DNA of 35,064 bases from an archaeon (GTDB lineage: Archaea > Thermoplasmatota > E2 > UBA202 > JdFR-43): the NCBI GenBank assembly GCA_024275755.1, contig JAJRYN010000158.1, positions 1 to 35,064 on the forward strand, in the 5' to 3' direction. A program made the position numbers and the translations under genes. Under the pieces are notes generated by a model that did not search any database, had not been told where the DNA came from, and saw only the letters and a program-made list of their open reading frames with translations. Positions 19,214 to 28,161 of this stretch are shown piece by piece; position 1 is the first letter of the stretch; the number at the start of each line of letters is the position of its first letter.

Positions 19214-21913
19214 TTATCCATTATTTACTGGCTGATAAGGGTTAAATGCTGGGTCTCCATACAATGTGAATTCATGGAGGCAAACATATTTCTTGTCCAT
19301 ATATTTTCCATATTCAAATCTTGCATTCGTGTTTGTATCTGTATCCGTATTACCTAATGGCGTATCCAGAGGAGGAGTCCAGAGGAATGTTGAGTTTGCA
19401 TCTTTCGGAAGATACTTGTTCTTTGCATTCTTCAACGCCATTCCAACTGTGCTATCATTCTGTATCAAATCGAGAACAAAGTCCTCTGCCACCACTGCAC
19501 CAAAGTGTGGCTCTGGATATTCTCCATTTATTAGCCGATTAAGCAAAGCTTTCACAAATCCTTTGGCTCCAAATCCCTTGAATATTAAACCTGGCTCTAA
19601 ATAGCCTGGATCTGCAGTAACACGAGTTGCGCCAATGTATGCATTTACACCTGCATGAAGATAGGCCTGACTCAGGCAATTTTCTGGAATCAATCCATCT
19701 GTTCTTCCTGTTATACAGCTCAAAACGAATATAACGCTTGGCCCGTAGTCCATGTTAACGACATATCTCACAGCATATGCTCCCTTGCTTGACAATCCGC
19801 TTGAAATGCCCAAGCCACCTAGGAAGCGGGAAAGCCATGTTATTGGCGGGAATCCTCTTGAATCCAGCAATACATCTCCAGATTCATACAGGTAATAGAT
19901 ACCATGATTGAAGACAAATATCAGATTGCTGTTCTCCTGATATTTTCCTCCCTTAACAACCCTGTCCCCACTGATAAATTCAACGAAACGTGGGAATGGG
20001 ATATTAAGGCGACTTGTATATTTAGCCAAATCTTCAAAGCCCTCGCGCTGTGAAGCAAGTAAATGTGTCCTCCTTACATTATATCCTCCTTTCTCCATAT
20101 CATGAGCTAGCCTTAAGTTAATAAGGAGGCTCTCTCCACTTGGCCATTTTGTTGGTTCTTTATGTCCTGTAATCATATTGGTTATGGTGGTGATTATTGG
20201 AATCCACTGGAATTCCAAGCCGGCACCAGTCTGAACAGTTGCATTGTTCTTCCAATCGCCAAGCTGCTGAATGATTTTGTCATAAAAGACGGTTCTTGCT
20301 ATTAGGGCTGAGCAATCTTCTGCATCATAACCAGTTACTCTGCCAACAGCATTTTCCATTTCTGGCCAGTATGTGAATGAATTATTCTCAACATCATTTG
20401 GCTTTGGATCTATATCACCATAGATAAAATCACTTGGAAGTAGCACACCAATAATATTATCGCTGTCTGGATTGTAATAATAATACATTGGCACCATCGT
20501 TGGATCAGCCATTATTGCAATATAAATTGGATTGTTTCTGTAATGCCTCCATAATGCTTCTGTATCATCAGCAGAAATATTTGCAATTTTTGCAAGCAAC
20601 CTGTTGAGCTGTTCATGTATCTTCATAACGTGCTCATTGCATGGATCAACTAATGCTTCATTGGTTGATGGATATACCACGCCTTCTATGCCTATGCTTT
20701 CATTACCAGCAAATGCAAATTCTGGCTTTGCAAATACAATGCCACGATGATAGGCTGTCAGATAAGGTGCCATGCTGGAAAGATTGTTCATTAATGGCTC
20801 CAGGGGTGAGTCAACTTCTTCCACCTTTATTTTCAATCTGTATTTTCCATTCAGAGTTGAAACCCATCTTCCTAGGACTTGTGTAACATATTTTCCTGGC
20901 TTGTTATATATTATTGTTTCGACATGAACTTTGTCAACAACAATGTCTCCGTTCTCTACTTCTGGTATACCAGCTGCTGTGGATGTATAAACATAAACTT
21001 CGTCATCCGGATTGAATATGAGCAGAATCAAATCATCTCCAAGCTCGCTCACGTGCTCAGAATTTTCATTTATCAAATCTATTTTGAGGCGGGCGTATTC
21101 ATAGTCCTCTGGAATAACAAATGTATTTATGCTGAATAATCCGCTCAGCAGAGCATTTACAGTTTGAGCAGGAAGAATGTTGATTGAAGCTGTTTCATTC
21201 TCAAATTCATATTCTGTTTCATTCAACACCCTAACCTTTGTTACATCCAACGGGTTGGTAATTGTTACATAATCTATATCTCCAAATTTATTTTTAACAA
21301 GCTCGATAACAAAATCATTTATTTCCTCAACACTGTCAAACCTCCATGTCATTTCATGTCCTTCTAAATTGCCACATATAAAGGTATATTTCACTCCCAG
21401 CTTTTTAAGAATGCTTCTCACATTATTTGTATCATTTGTTACAAAAATCGGTATATTCAGATAGCTGGCAATAGGAGCAGCAACTATACCAAGTTCATAC
21501 CCACGCTGGCTATTTTCTATGAGCAAGGCTGCATCGCTCTTCTTCCATGCCTCGCTGAGCTCAATGGATACATTTTCTGGCGAGCCTCCTCTTATTTCTT
21601 TATATGAAGCAGGATAAAAATCAATGAATCTTTCAACTGGTTTCGATGGATTATCAAAATTTTCTACAAGCAATGGTTCAACATGCTGACCCTCTTCATC
21701 ATAATACAATGCTACAGGAGTAGCTATCACTGCATAAAATGGATTTTCCTCACTTACAATTACTGGCGTTGCTCCATAGTTCCTTTCCGACTTTATTTTA
21801 TCGATGGTTTCCATGCTGAATCCACTTACTTCCGTAAACTTCTCAACACAACCAGTTAATACAGGCAAAGAAATCGCTAACACTACCAGTATTGCCAACT
21901 TTTTCCTTTCCAT
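19214..21913 (-). CDS. Large lipoprotein with CWB2-like repeats and a C25 (gingipain-like) peptidase domain
   Basis: MERKK..LTGC lipobox; SDFIYGD..AVGRV; FNHG (His) and LSC (Cys); AGVNAYIG; VGMALKNAK; LYGDPAF. Confidence 0.75.
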   Translation of the reverse strand: MERKKLAILVVLAISLPVLTGCVEKFTEVSGFSMETIDKIKSERNYGATPVIVSEENPFYAVIATPVALYYDEEGQHVEPLLVENFDNPSKPVERFIDFYPASYKEIRGGSPENVSIELSEAWKKSDAALLIENSQRGYELGIVAAPIASYLNIPIFVTNDTNNVRSILKKLGVKYTFICGNLEGHEMTWRFDSVEEINDFVIELVKNKFGDIDYVTITNPLDVTKVRVLNETEYEFENETASINILPAQTVNALLSGLFSINTFVIPEDYEYARLKIDLINENSEHVSELGDDLILLIFNPDDEVYVYTSTAAGIPEVENGDIVVDKVHVETIIYNKPGKYVTQVLGRWVSTLNGKYRLKIKVEEVDSPLEPLMNNLSSMAPYLTAYHRGIVFAKPEFAFAGNESIGIEGVVYPSTNEALVDPCNEHVMKIHEQLNRLLAKIANISADDTEALWRHYRNNPIYIAIMADPTMVPMYYYYNPDSDNIIGVLLPSDFIYGDIDPKPNDVENNSFTYWPEMENAVGRVTGYDAEDCSALIARTVFYDKIIQQLGDWKNNATVQTGAGLEFQWIPIITTITNMITGHKEPTKWPSGESLLINLRLAHDMEKGGYNVRRTHLLASQREGFEDLAKYTSRLNIPFPRFVEFISGDRVVKGGKYQENSNLIFVFNHGIYYLYESGDVLLDSRGFPPITWLSRFLGGLGISSGLSSKGAYAVRYVVNMDYGPSVIFVLSCITGRTDGLIPENCLSQAYLHAGVNAYIGATRVTADPGYLEPGLIFKGFGAKGFVKALLNRLINGEYPEPHFGAVVAEDFVLDLIQNDSTVGMALKNAKNKYLPKDANSTFLWTPPLDTPLGNTDTDTNTNARFEYGKYMDKKYVCLHEFTLYGDPAFNPYQPVNNG

Positions 21914-21997
21914 ACCTATCCCTCTTAATATGTTATGCCATTCATGCCTATAATAATTTCGCTCAAAAACAAGAGCAAAGGAAGGAATGAAAGGGGT

Positions 21998-22825
21998 GTG
22001 GTGTACATTCATGCCTCTAGAGGATGCAAAAGGGGATGCCCTTTTTGTGGTGTATGGAAAATTGAACCAAAATTTATACCAGAAAAGAGTGTCAAGCACA
22101 AGATTAAATATAAAAAAATAGTATTTTACGATAACAACCTTTTGATGAACCCGTATATTGAAGATATATTGCAAGAACTTATTGAACTTAAAAAAGAAAA
22201 AAAGATAACTTGGTGCGAGAGTCAAAGTGGTTTCGATGGTAGGGTTTTACTTGAGAAACCCCATCTTGCCAAAATGATTAAGGAAGCAGGTTTTAGATAC
22301 CCAAGAATTGCATGGGATTGGGAATATAAACAGCATCCAATAATTAAAAAGCAAATAGACCTTCTTAAGGCAGCTGGTTATTCTTCTAAAGAGATATTCG
22401 TGTTTATGTTGTATAACTGGGAAATACCTTTTGAGGAGATGGAAAAAAAGAGAATAAAATGTTGGGAATGGAAGGTCCAAATCGCTGATTGTAGATATAG
22501 GCCCTTAGACCAACTATTTGATAACTATAATCCACGAATTATAGGGCAAACTAAAGAGGAGTATTACATTCATGAGAAAGCGGGTTGGACCGATGCACTT
22601 GTTAAACAATTCAGAAAAAATGTAAGGGAACAAAACATTTGTGTGAGGCACGGTTTTCCCTTTTATTCCAGAAGTTTCGAACACAAAAAATTTGGTAAGG
22701 AAATTAGGAAAAAGGTGAAGGAATTAAAAAATATCAAAGATAAAATAAAATTCCTCGAAAGTATCGGGGCTGAATATTGGATACCTAACCGTATTAGATA
22801 TCCACGGAGTAATAGTCTCTCATAA
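21998..22825 (+). CDS. Radical SAM protein, probably N-terminally truncated
   Basis: SRGCKRGCPFC (CxxxCxxC), FYDNNLL, SGFDGR, RIAWD. Start uncertain (ATG 21935, GTG 21998 or 22001). Confidence 0.75.
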   Translation: MVYIHASRGCKRGCPFCGVWKIEPKFIPEKSVKHKIKYKKIVFYDNNLLMNPYIEDILQELIELKKEKKITWCESQSGFDGRVLLEKPHLAKMIKEAGFRYPRIAWDWEYKQHPIIKKQIDLLKAAGYSSKEIFVFMLYNWEIPFEEMEKKRIKCWEWKVQIADCRYRPLDQLFDNYNPRIIGQTKEEYYIHEKAGWTDALVKQFRKNVREQNICVRHGFPFYSRSFEHKKFGKEIRKKVKELKNIKDKIKFLESIGAEYWIPNRIRYPRSNSLS

Positions 22826-23003
22826 AAAATTTTTGATTTATTCTTCACTCTATCCTCGGTTTCAGTATCGTCCCCAGATATGCCTTCCTTAACTCTTCTT
22901 TATTTATGTGATATATATTGCCTCATTTCTCGCATTGCTTTACAGCTTCTCACCCTTGTTCTATTCTTCCTTCCGCCTTGTCAAAAATTAAGTAATGAAA
23001 AAG

Positions 23004-23798
23004 CTATTCTTTTTTCATGATTATATTTCCCTCTGTCTTTATTTTTTCTTGTTTTTCTAATTTTTGGGCTAATTTTTTGATCCAGTTTTCATCTTGCTGC
23101 ATTTCTTTTGCGAGTTCCTCTATGGTATAACTCCTGCGATTTATCTTTTCTAAAATTAAAGAAATGGCAGCATCTTCTTCCGCCATTTTTTCTATTTCTT
23201 TTATATTTGGCACAACGATTCCATAATCCTCCTGCAACCTCATTAACCTTTGAAAAAGATATGCAATCCAGGCAATGTTGGAATTTTCACTCTGCCATTT
23301 TATTTCCTCTTTTATCACTTCAAAATCTAATCCCTGCAAGTAAAGAATGTGCATATCTTCCAAATCTCTTTCTCTTTCTGTTATACCTTTGAATAAGAAT
23401 ATATCTTCCTTTGATAGAAGAAAAAGTTTTAGATTTTTAAAATCAAACTGCATTTCTCTGCATCTACTCATCATATGAGGAGATAAAATTAAGCCATGAC
23501 AGACAACTTTTATGAATACATCCCATCTAAAACCATCTTTATTTTCCATTACCAATCTTGATCCCATTTTCTGGTATAGTGGCAAATATTTTTCTTTATA
23601 TCCACACTTCAACAATACATCTTTAAGAATTGCCAGCTCTTTTTCTTCGTTCAAAATAATATCTATGTCTCTTGTTGCATCTTTTAGGCCGAGTAAACTC
23701 ATATTTCCTCCACCAATCAAGTATAGTTTGATTTGCTTATCTATGGCGTTATCGATTTTCTTCAACTCTTTATGGATATATTCTTTTCCAAAACTCAT
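23004..23798 (-). CDS. DUF6036/AbiEii-like nucleotidyltransferase with C-terminal HTH
   Basis: YLIGGGNM..KDATRDIDII, WDVF, DIFLFK...RERDLED. ATGA overlap with the upstream gene. Confidence 0.78.
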   Translation of the reverse strand: MSFGKEYIHKELKKIDNAIDKQIKLYLIGGGNMSLLGLKDATRDIDIILNEEKELAILKDVLLKCGYKEKYLPLYQKMGSRLVMENKDGFRWDVFIKVVCHGLILSPHMMSRCREMQFDFKNLKLFLLSKEDIFLFKGITERERDLEDMHILYLQGLDFEVIKEEIKWQSENSNIAWIAYLFQRLMRLQEDYGIVVPNIKEIEKMAEEDAAISLILEKINRRSYTIEELAKEMQQDENWIKKLAQKLEKQEKIKTEGNIIMKKE

Positions 23799-24688
23799 TT
23801 TATCACCGCATATTCTTTCAAAAGTTCATTATATTCTTCTCTGTTAGGGAAGTCATCAAAATCTTGTTTTTCATCAACATATTTTATTATTTTCGCGGCC
23901 TTCTCTTCCATTTTATATATTTTGGCTATTCTCATCAAGTCTTTTGGCTTTGTTTTTTGATATAAAAGACAGGCATAAGCAATATTTGTTTTGCTATCTG
24001 GTTCGATCAAAACAGTATGGATAATTATATCAGAAATTGTTATATCTCTTCTGGAATAGAAATAATAGTTATACGATGGCATGAAGAGTAAGCCAAAATT
24101 TTTGAAAGCAGATATAGCTGTTAAATGATAATTTTTTTCCTTTATTTCCTTATGAGTTTTTATTAAAAATTCCGGACCCTGTTCCCATATCAAAATTGCC
24201 CCCTCGTCCACTTTTGCCATCTCCATCCTATTCAAAAAACTCTGAAACTCAAAAACGAATGCCCTTAGTATCCTGTGATGCGGATTTATTTTATAGCCAT
24301 TCTTTTTGATCAGGATTCCATATCTCAAAAAATCTTTTATGGCATTGTAAACTGTCTGGCAACTAACTCCAATTATCTTAGCTATAACGGATGATTCATT
24401 TTCTATTACAGAAAGCATTGCTATCCTTCTTTGAGTTAACAATTTCTCGACAGGTAAAGTCGGATATTCCTTGAGAAAATTAAAGAATAGAGAAGCATGC
24501 TTTGTATTTCCCATTTTCAAAAAAATTCTTTTGTTATGTCTTTCTCTGATTATAAAGCCCAGTCTTTCCAAATTCTTCATGGCAACAGATACTTTTCCCT
24601 TGCTTATCTTTACCTTTTCCACAATATCTTTTAAGGCGTCGCCTTCGTTGAAGTTACGAAGAATTTTTAATTCAGTTTTCCCAAGCAT
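23795..24688 (-). CDS. Tandem winged-HTH transcriptional regulator (putative antitoxin)
   Basis: wHTH motifs ISKGKVSVAMKNLERLGFI and IIGVSCQTVYNAIKDFLRYGIL. Translationally coupled to the nucleotidyltransferase. Confidence 0.7.
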   Translation of the reverse strand: MLGKTELKILRNFNEGDALKDIVEKVKISKGKVSVAMKNLERLGFIIRERHNKRIFLKMGNTKHASLFFNFLKEYPTLPVEKLLTQRRIAMLSVIENESSVIAKIIGVSCQTVYNAIKDFLRYGILIKKNGYKINPHHRILRAFVFEFQSFLNRMEMAKVDEGAILIWEQGPEFLIKTHKEIKEKNYHLTAISAFKNFGLLFMPSYNYYFYSRRDITISDIIIHTVLIEPDSKTNIAYACLLYQKTKPKDLMRIAKIYKMEEKAAKIIKYVDEKQDFDDFPNREEYNELLKEYAVIK

Positions 24689-24756
24689 TCAAAAATAAGG
24701 GAACTCATTTATATATAAGTTTCCTTTTATTTGAAAATTTGCATGGTACATCATCT

Positions 24757-25824
24757 TCACTTATACCTCAGCAATGCTGCAACATGCCCGAGGTTTTTTA
24801 TTTCATCGCCGGAGATAAATTCCACTTTTGCATCTGTTCGTTCGGCAAATTCTATGATTTCTTCAATGACGTCTGCCTCTGAAGTTTTTCCATGGCAGTA
24901 TGGGCATTCCTTTGCTGTTCCTTTTCCCACTGCCTGACAATTCTCGCAGATCCATCCTCTGAGTTTGTAGCCTTTTTCTACCAGCAACAATTCTATCTGC
25001 CCATTTCTTGCTGCTTCAATGATATCATCTACACCACAAACTCCTAAGCCATCTCTCAAAATTTCTTTTTTCAAATGCTGCATCGTATCTTTTTTCTCTT
25101 CCATTTCTTTTTCAGCCATCACTGCCATGGATTCTTCAAATAAATCATGTTCATCTTCTATGTCAACATCTATGGTATCGACAAGCTTTTCCTGCAAACT
25201 TTTTGGCAGCATTGACTTAAATTCATATTTAGCCTGGCCGGGTCCAGCTATTATGATGTTTGCATTGGCATACTTCTGCAGCTCCTCCATCACTTCCACA
25301 AAAAACGCGTGTATGCTTCCTTTTCTCAGCCTCTGAAACCTTGCCTGAGACCATCCCCCTTTCTTGTGTTTATTCATAATGTATGCTGACAGCCTTTTCT
25401 TCTCTGTTATCTTGCCACATGAAATAGAGAAAATTTTTGCGTGATTTGTATTGAGCAAAACAAGAGTGAATGACTCCCATGTATCTGTCAGTTCAACCAA
25501 AGGGCGAATGTAGGGTGAGGAATCAACAACAAGAAGATTTTTTATTTTCACAGGGATATCAACAACTTTGAAATATGCATGCTTGTGAGAAGCAAATATG
25601 GCAACATTACCAGCATGCTTCTTTCCCAAAAATTCTTTTATTTCTTCCATCGTCTTCACAAAATTATCCAGCTCCTCTCCTTTTAAAACAGCCATAACTG
25701 CTTTCTCTCTTCTATAAATAAATTTCCTATCCTTTCCATCAAAATAAAGGCTAACAAATGTATCCATGCTCTCCTCATCATATATGGAGGAAAGCTCCTT
25801 TATCGCTTCATCACATAATTCCAT
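24757..25824 (-). CDS. aRF1/eRF1-fold release-factor paralog (baeRF1/VLRF1-like)
   Basis: FVSLY, SSPYIRPL, KHKKGGWSQARFQR, IIIAGPG.AK..F, CENC..CPYC zinc ribbon, AALLRY. Lacks NIKS and GGQ. Confidence 0.82.
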   Translation of the reverse strand: MELCDEAIKELSSIYDEESMDTFVSLYFDGKDRKFIYRREKAVMAVLKGEELDNFVKTMEEIKEFLGKKHAGNVAIFASHKHAYFKVVDIPVKIKNLLVVDSSPYIRPLVELTDTWESFTLVLLNTNHAKIFSISCGKITEKKRLSAYIMNKHKKGGWSQARFQRLRKGSIHAFFVEVMEELQKYANANIIIAGPGQAKYEFKSMLPKSLQEKLVDTIDVDIEDEHDLFEESMAVMAEKEMEEKKDTMQHLKKEILRDGLGVCGVDDIIEAARNGQIELLLVEKGYKLRGWICENCQAVGKGTAKECPYCHGKTSEADVIEEIIEFAERTDAKVEFISGDEIKNLGHVAALLRYK

Positions 25825-25860
25825 GTTTCAGTAATGGATGCCCCTTCTTAACTTTATTGA

Positions 25861-26085
25861 ATGAAAATGGAATGTGGTTGCTGCTGTAGCATTTTGTATG
25901 AATGCAAGCTCAGTGAATGATATGAAAAGAATGTGTTGTGTGCATTTCATAATGAAGGAAAAATGTTGTGCTGTAACCATCTTCATTTGGAGTTTGCTGC
26001 TGCAACAGTCATTTTTCATTCATGATATTGAAAGAGTATGATGCAGTTGGCAGATTCAGATGAAAAATAATGCTGCTGCCACCGA
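25861..26085 (-). repeat. Array of 4-5 degenerate hairpin repeats (left array, minus orientation)
   Basis: Units at about 25861, 25922, 25952, 25987 and a half unit at 26060: ATGAA(A/G)..[TG-rich]..TTCAT on plus, i.e. CA-rich loops on minus. Confidence 0.6.
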
Positions 26086-26155
26086 AAACTTTATAAATGG
26101 TTTTAACCCCTCCCCTGGTTTATATAGTCTCATTGCTTTATTATACAAGCAGGAA

Positions 26156-26202
26156 AGGCCTGCATGTATATAAAGCGCCCTGGGGTGGGCACATGCAGGC
26201 TT
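26156..26202. other. GC-rich stem-loop flanked by C-tracts
   Basis: GCCTGCATGT/ACATGCAGGC perfect 10-bp stem with inner GCCC/GGGC. C-tracts at 26107-26115 and 26219-26235. Confidence 0.6.
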
Positions 26203-26275
26203 GGTTTGCCTTTCATTTCCCCTCCCCCTCCCTCCTTTTTTTATGAAAGTTTTTTAATGCCTTTTTTCTTTCTCA

Positions 26276-26509
26276 ATGATGATTTCTCTGGCAGCATTGC
26301 AGGAAGGCAAAAAGGCAAGAATAACAAAAATTGTAGGTGGCTTCGGATTCATAAGGAATTTGAGGGCGAGAGGAATAAGAGAGGGAAAGGTTGTTGAGAT
26401 TGTGGCAAAGCATCCTTTGGGAGGACCCATAGTCATAACCATTGATGGAAGAGAAACGACAATAGGCAGAGGAATGGCAGAAAAAATAATTGTGGAAGAG
26501 ATTGAATAA
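26276..26509 (+). CDS. feoA: FeoA domain protein (no adjacent feoB)
   Basis: LAALQEGKKARITKI..LRARGIREG..HPLGGPIVI..IGRGMAEKIIVE. Confidence 0.9.
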   Translation: MMISLAALQEGKKARITKIVGGFGFIRNLRARGIREGKVVEIVAKHPLGGPIVITIDGRETTIGRGMAEKIIVEEIE

Positions 26510-26515
26510 AGGCTT

Positions 26516-26849
26516 ATGAAAAGAAATGCTACTGCAATTTTTTCATACTCATGAAAGAGAATTTGTTGCAACATCCATTTTTTTCATTGGTTTTTTCTTT
26601 TCATTAACTCATAAAAGAGAAAAGGCACAACAACATTCTTTTCATTTGTCTTTCTTTTTGCTCATGAAGAGAATTTGCCATGACACCATCCTTTTCATTG
26701 GTTCTTTCATTAACTCATGAAAGAAAAAGAAAGAAGATATGTCACAATAGCATCCCATGAGCTCATGAAAGGATTCTACCACAACATCCATCTCTTTCAT
26801 TATTTCTTTATTCATGAGATGGAATAAGCCAACAAAACACCCATTTCAT
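26516..26849 (+). repeat. Array of 7 degenerate hairpin repeats, about 50-bp period (right array)
   Basis: Units start at 26516, 26551, 26611, 26664, 26717, 26765, 26814. Consensus ctcATGAAAGAGAAT-[..CACAACA]-TCC(A)TTTTCATt. Confidence 0.72.
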
Positions 26850-26917
26850 TTTTTATTTATACCTTATTTGTTCACATTAGCAACTTATTTAAACACTGGC
26901 TATTATATGATTGCAAA

Positions 26918-27541
26918 ATGAAAGTTCCTCGGTGGAAGAAAGCTGAGTTTGAAGAAATAGAATATGAGCCAAAGAGCATAAGAGAATTATTAAAAGAAAT
27001 GAAGAATATCAGCGAGTTGATAGTAGACTTAGCCTATTCTGCCATTCTTTTCAACAATAAAGAGATAGCTGAAGAAGTGAAATATCTGGAAGTAAGAATG
27101 GATAAGCTCAACTACGAAATAAGAATAATGGCTATGCTGGCAGCGAGAAATGCTGAAGATGCAGAGAAAATGGCGGGAGTGCTTCAAATTGCTCAGGCAG
27201 CAGATACAATATCAAATGCCGCCGCCGACATGGTAAAACTGCTTGCATACAAGCTTGATCACCCCATACTGCCTCATTTAATAAAAGAATCAGATGAAAT
27301 TATAAGGAAAATAAGCGTTGATGAAAATTCTGCTGCGTGCGGAAAAACAATAAGCGAGCTGAAAATTTCCTCTGAGACAGGAGTGAGAATACTTGCAATA
27401 AGAAGAAAGGACAGATGGATTTATGGACCAAAGGGAAATGTAAGGCTGAGAAAGGGGGATATTTTAATATGCATTGGGCCAGAAGAAGGTATAAAGCATC
27501 TTAATAGGCTTCTGAAAGGAGAAATAGAGGTGCTTGAATGA
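26918..27541 (+). CDS. PhoU plus TrkA-C (RCK_C) domain protein (COG3273-like)
   Basis: EMKNISELIVDLAYSAIL helical domain; GKTISELKI..GVRILAIRR..GDILI. Confidence 0.85.
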   Translation: MKVPRWKKAEFEEIEYEPKSIRELLKEMKNISELIVDLAYSAILFNNKEIAEEVKYLEVRMDKLNYEIRIMAMLAARNAEDAEKMAGVLQIAQAADTISNAAADMVKLLAYKLDHPILPHLIKESDEIIRKISVDENSAACGKTISELKISSETGVRILAIRRKDRWIYGPKGNVRLRKGDILICIGPEEGIKHLNRLLKGEIEVLE

Positions 27542-28119
27542 GCGAGAAGGAAGCTGAGGCTTTATTGCTGGAGTTGAAGGAAAAGGCTGAATTAATGGTT
27601 GATTTGGCATATTCTTCAGTAATTTATGATAATAAGGACTTGGCCAGAGAAGTGTATGAACTGGAGAATTTCATTGATGTGCTTAACGAAGAATTACAAA
27701 AACTTGCAATAAAAGATGTAAAAGGAGGAGAGTTGGAAGTAAATGAGGCTTTAGCAATAATACAGCTTGGTGCATGCTCTGAAGCTATAGCTGATGCTGC
27801 CCGTGATATTGCAGATGTTGAGTTAAGGGATGTTGAGTTGCACCCTGTGATAAAGGAAAGTGTTCTCGAATCTGAGGAGGTGTTTGTAAGAGTTAAAGTA
27901 GGAGAAAATTCTGTTTTGAAAGGAAAAACTCTTGGAGATATTAAACTTGCTTCCCAAACAGGAATGTGGGTAATAGCAATAAAAAGAGGAAATAAGTGGA
28001 TTTACGATCCCAGAAAGAATACAAGGATAGAGGAAGGAGATATTTTATTTGCCAAAGGGCCAAGAGAGGGAATGGAACATTTTATGGCAATTGCTGAGGG
28101 CAAAGAAAAAGAAATTTAA
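27538..28119 (+). CDS. PhoU plus TrkA-C domain protein (tandem paralog)
   Basis: ELMVDLAYSSV; GKTLGDIKL..GMWVIAIKRG..GDILF. ATGA overlap. Confidence 0.85.
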   Translation: MSEKEAEALLLELKEKAELMVDLAYSSVIYDNKDLAREVYELENFIDVLNEELQKLAIKDVKGGELEVNEALAIIQLGACSEAIADAARDIADVELRDVELHPVIKESVLESEEVFVRVKVGENSVLKGKTLGDIKLASQTGMWVIAIKRGNKWIYDPRKNTRIEEGDILFAKGPREGMEHFMAIAEGKEKEI

Positions 28120-28161
28120 TCTTCAGCCAAACTTAAAATATTGTTAGGGGATGCAATTATA

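Noticed and set aside
21914-22225. N-terminal extension of ORF 19214-22225
   Set aside because: It is antisense to the radical SAM gene; the lipoprotein signal starts at ATG 21913.
22845-23003. Minus-strand frame ..QG*EAVKQCEK*GNIYH..PRIE* with two in-frame TGA (selenocysteine or readthrough?)
   Set aside because: No start codon and no SECIS-like element; TGA is an ordinary stop elsewhere in the window. At most a decayed gene remnant.
24757-25824. Canonical aRF1 or Pelota
   Set aside because: Lacks NIKS and GGQ, and lacks the Pelota Sm-like N-domain.
25828-26720. Short ORFs 25828-26019, 26164-26397, 26254-26574, 26526-26720 and the MK.. micro-peptides in each repeat unit
   Set aside because: Frames are inconsistent between units. 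They are by-products of the ATGAAA repeat or shadows of feoA.
25861-26849. CRISPR array interpretation of the repeats
   Set aside because: Units are far too degenerate, spacing is irregular, there are no unique spacers of constant length, and no cas genes are in the window.
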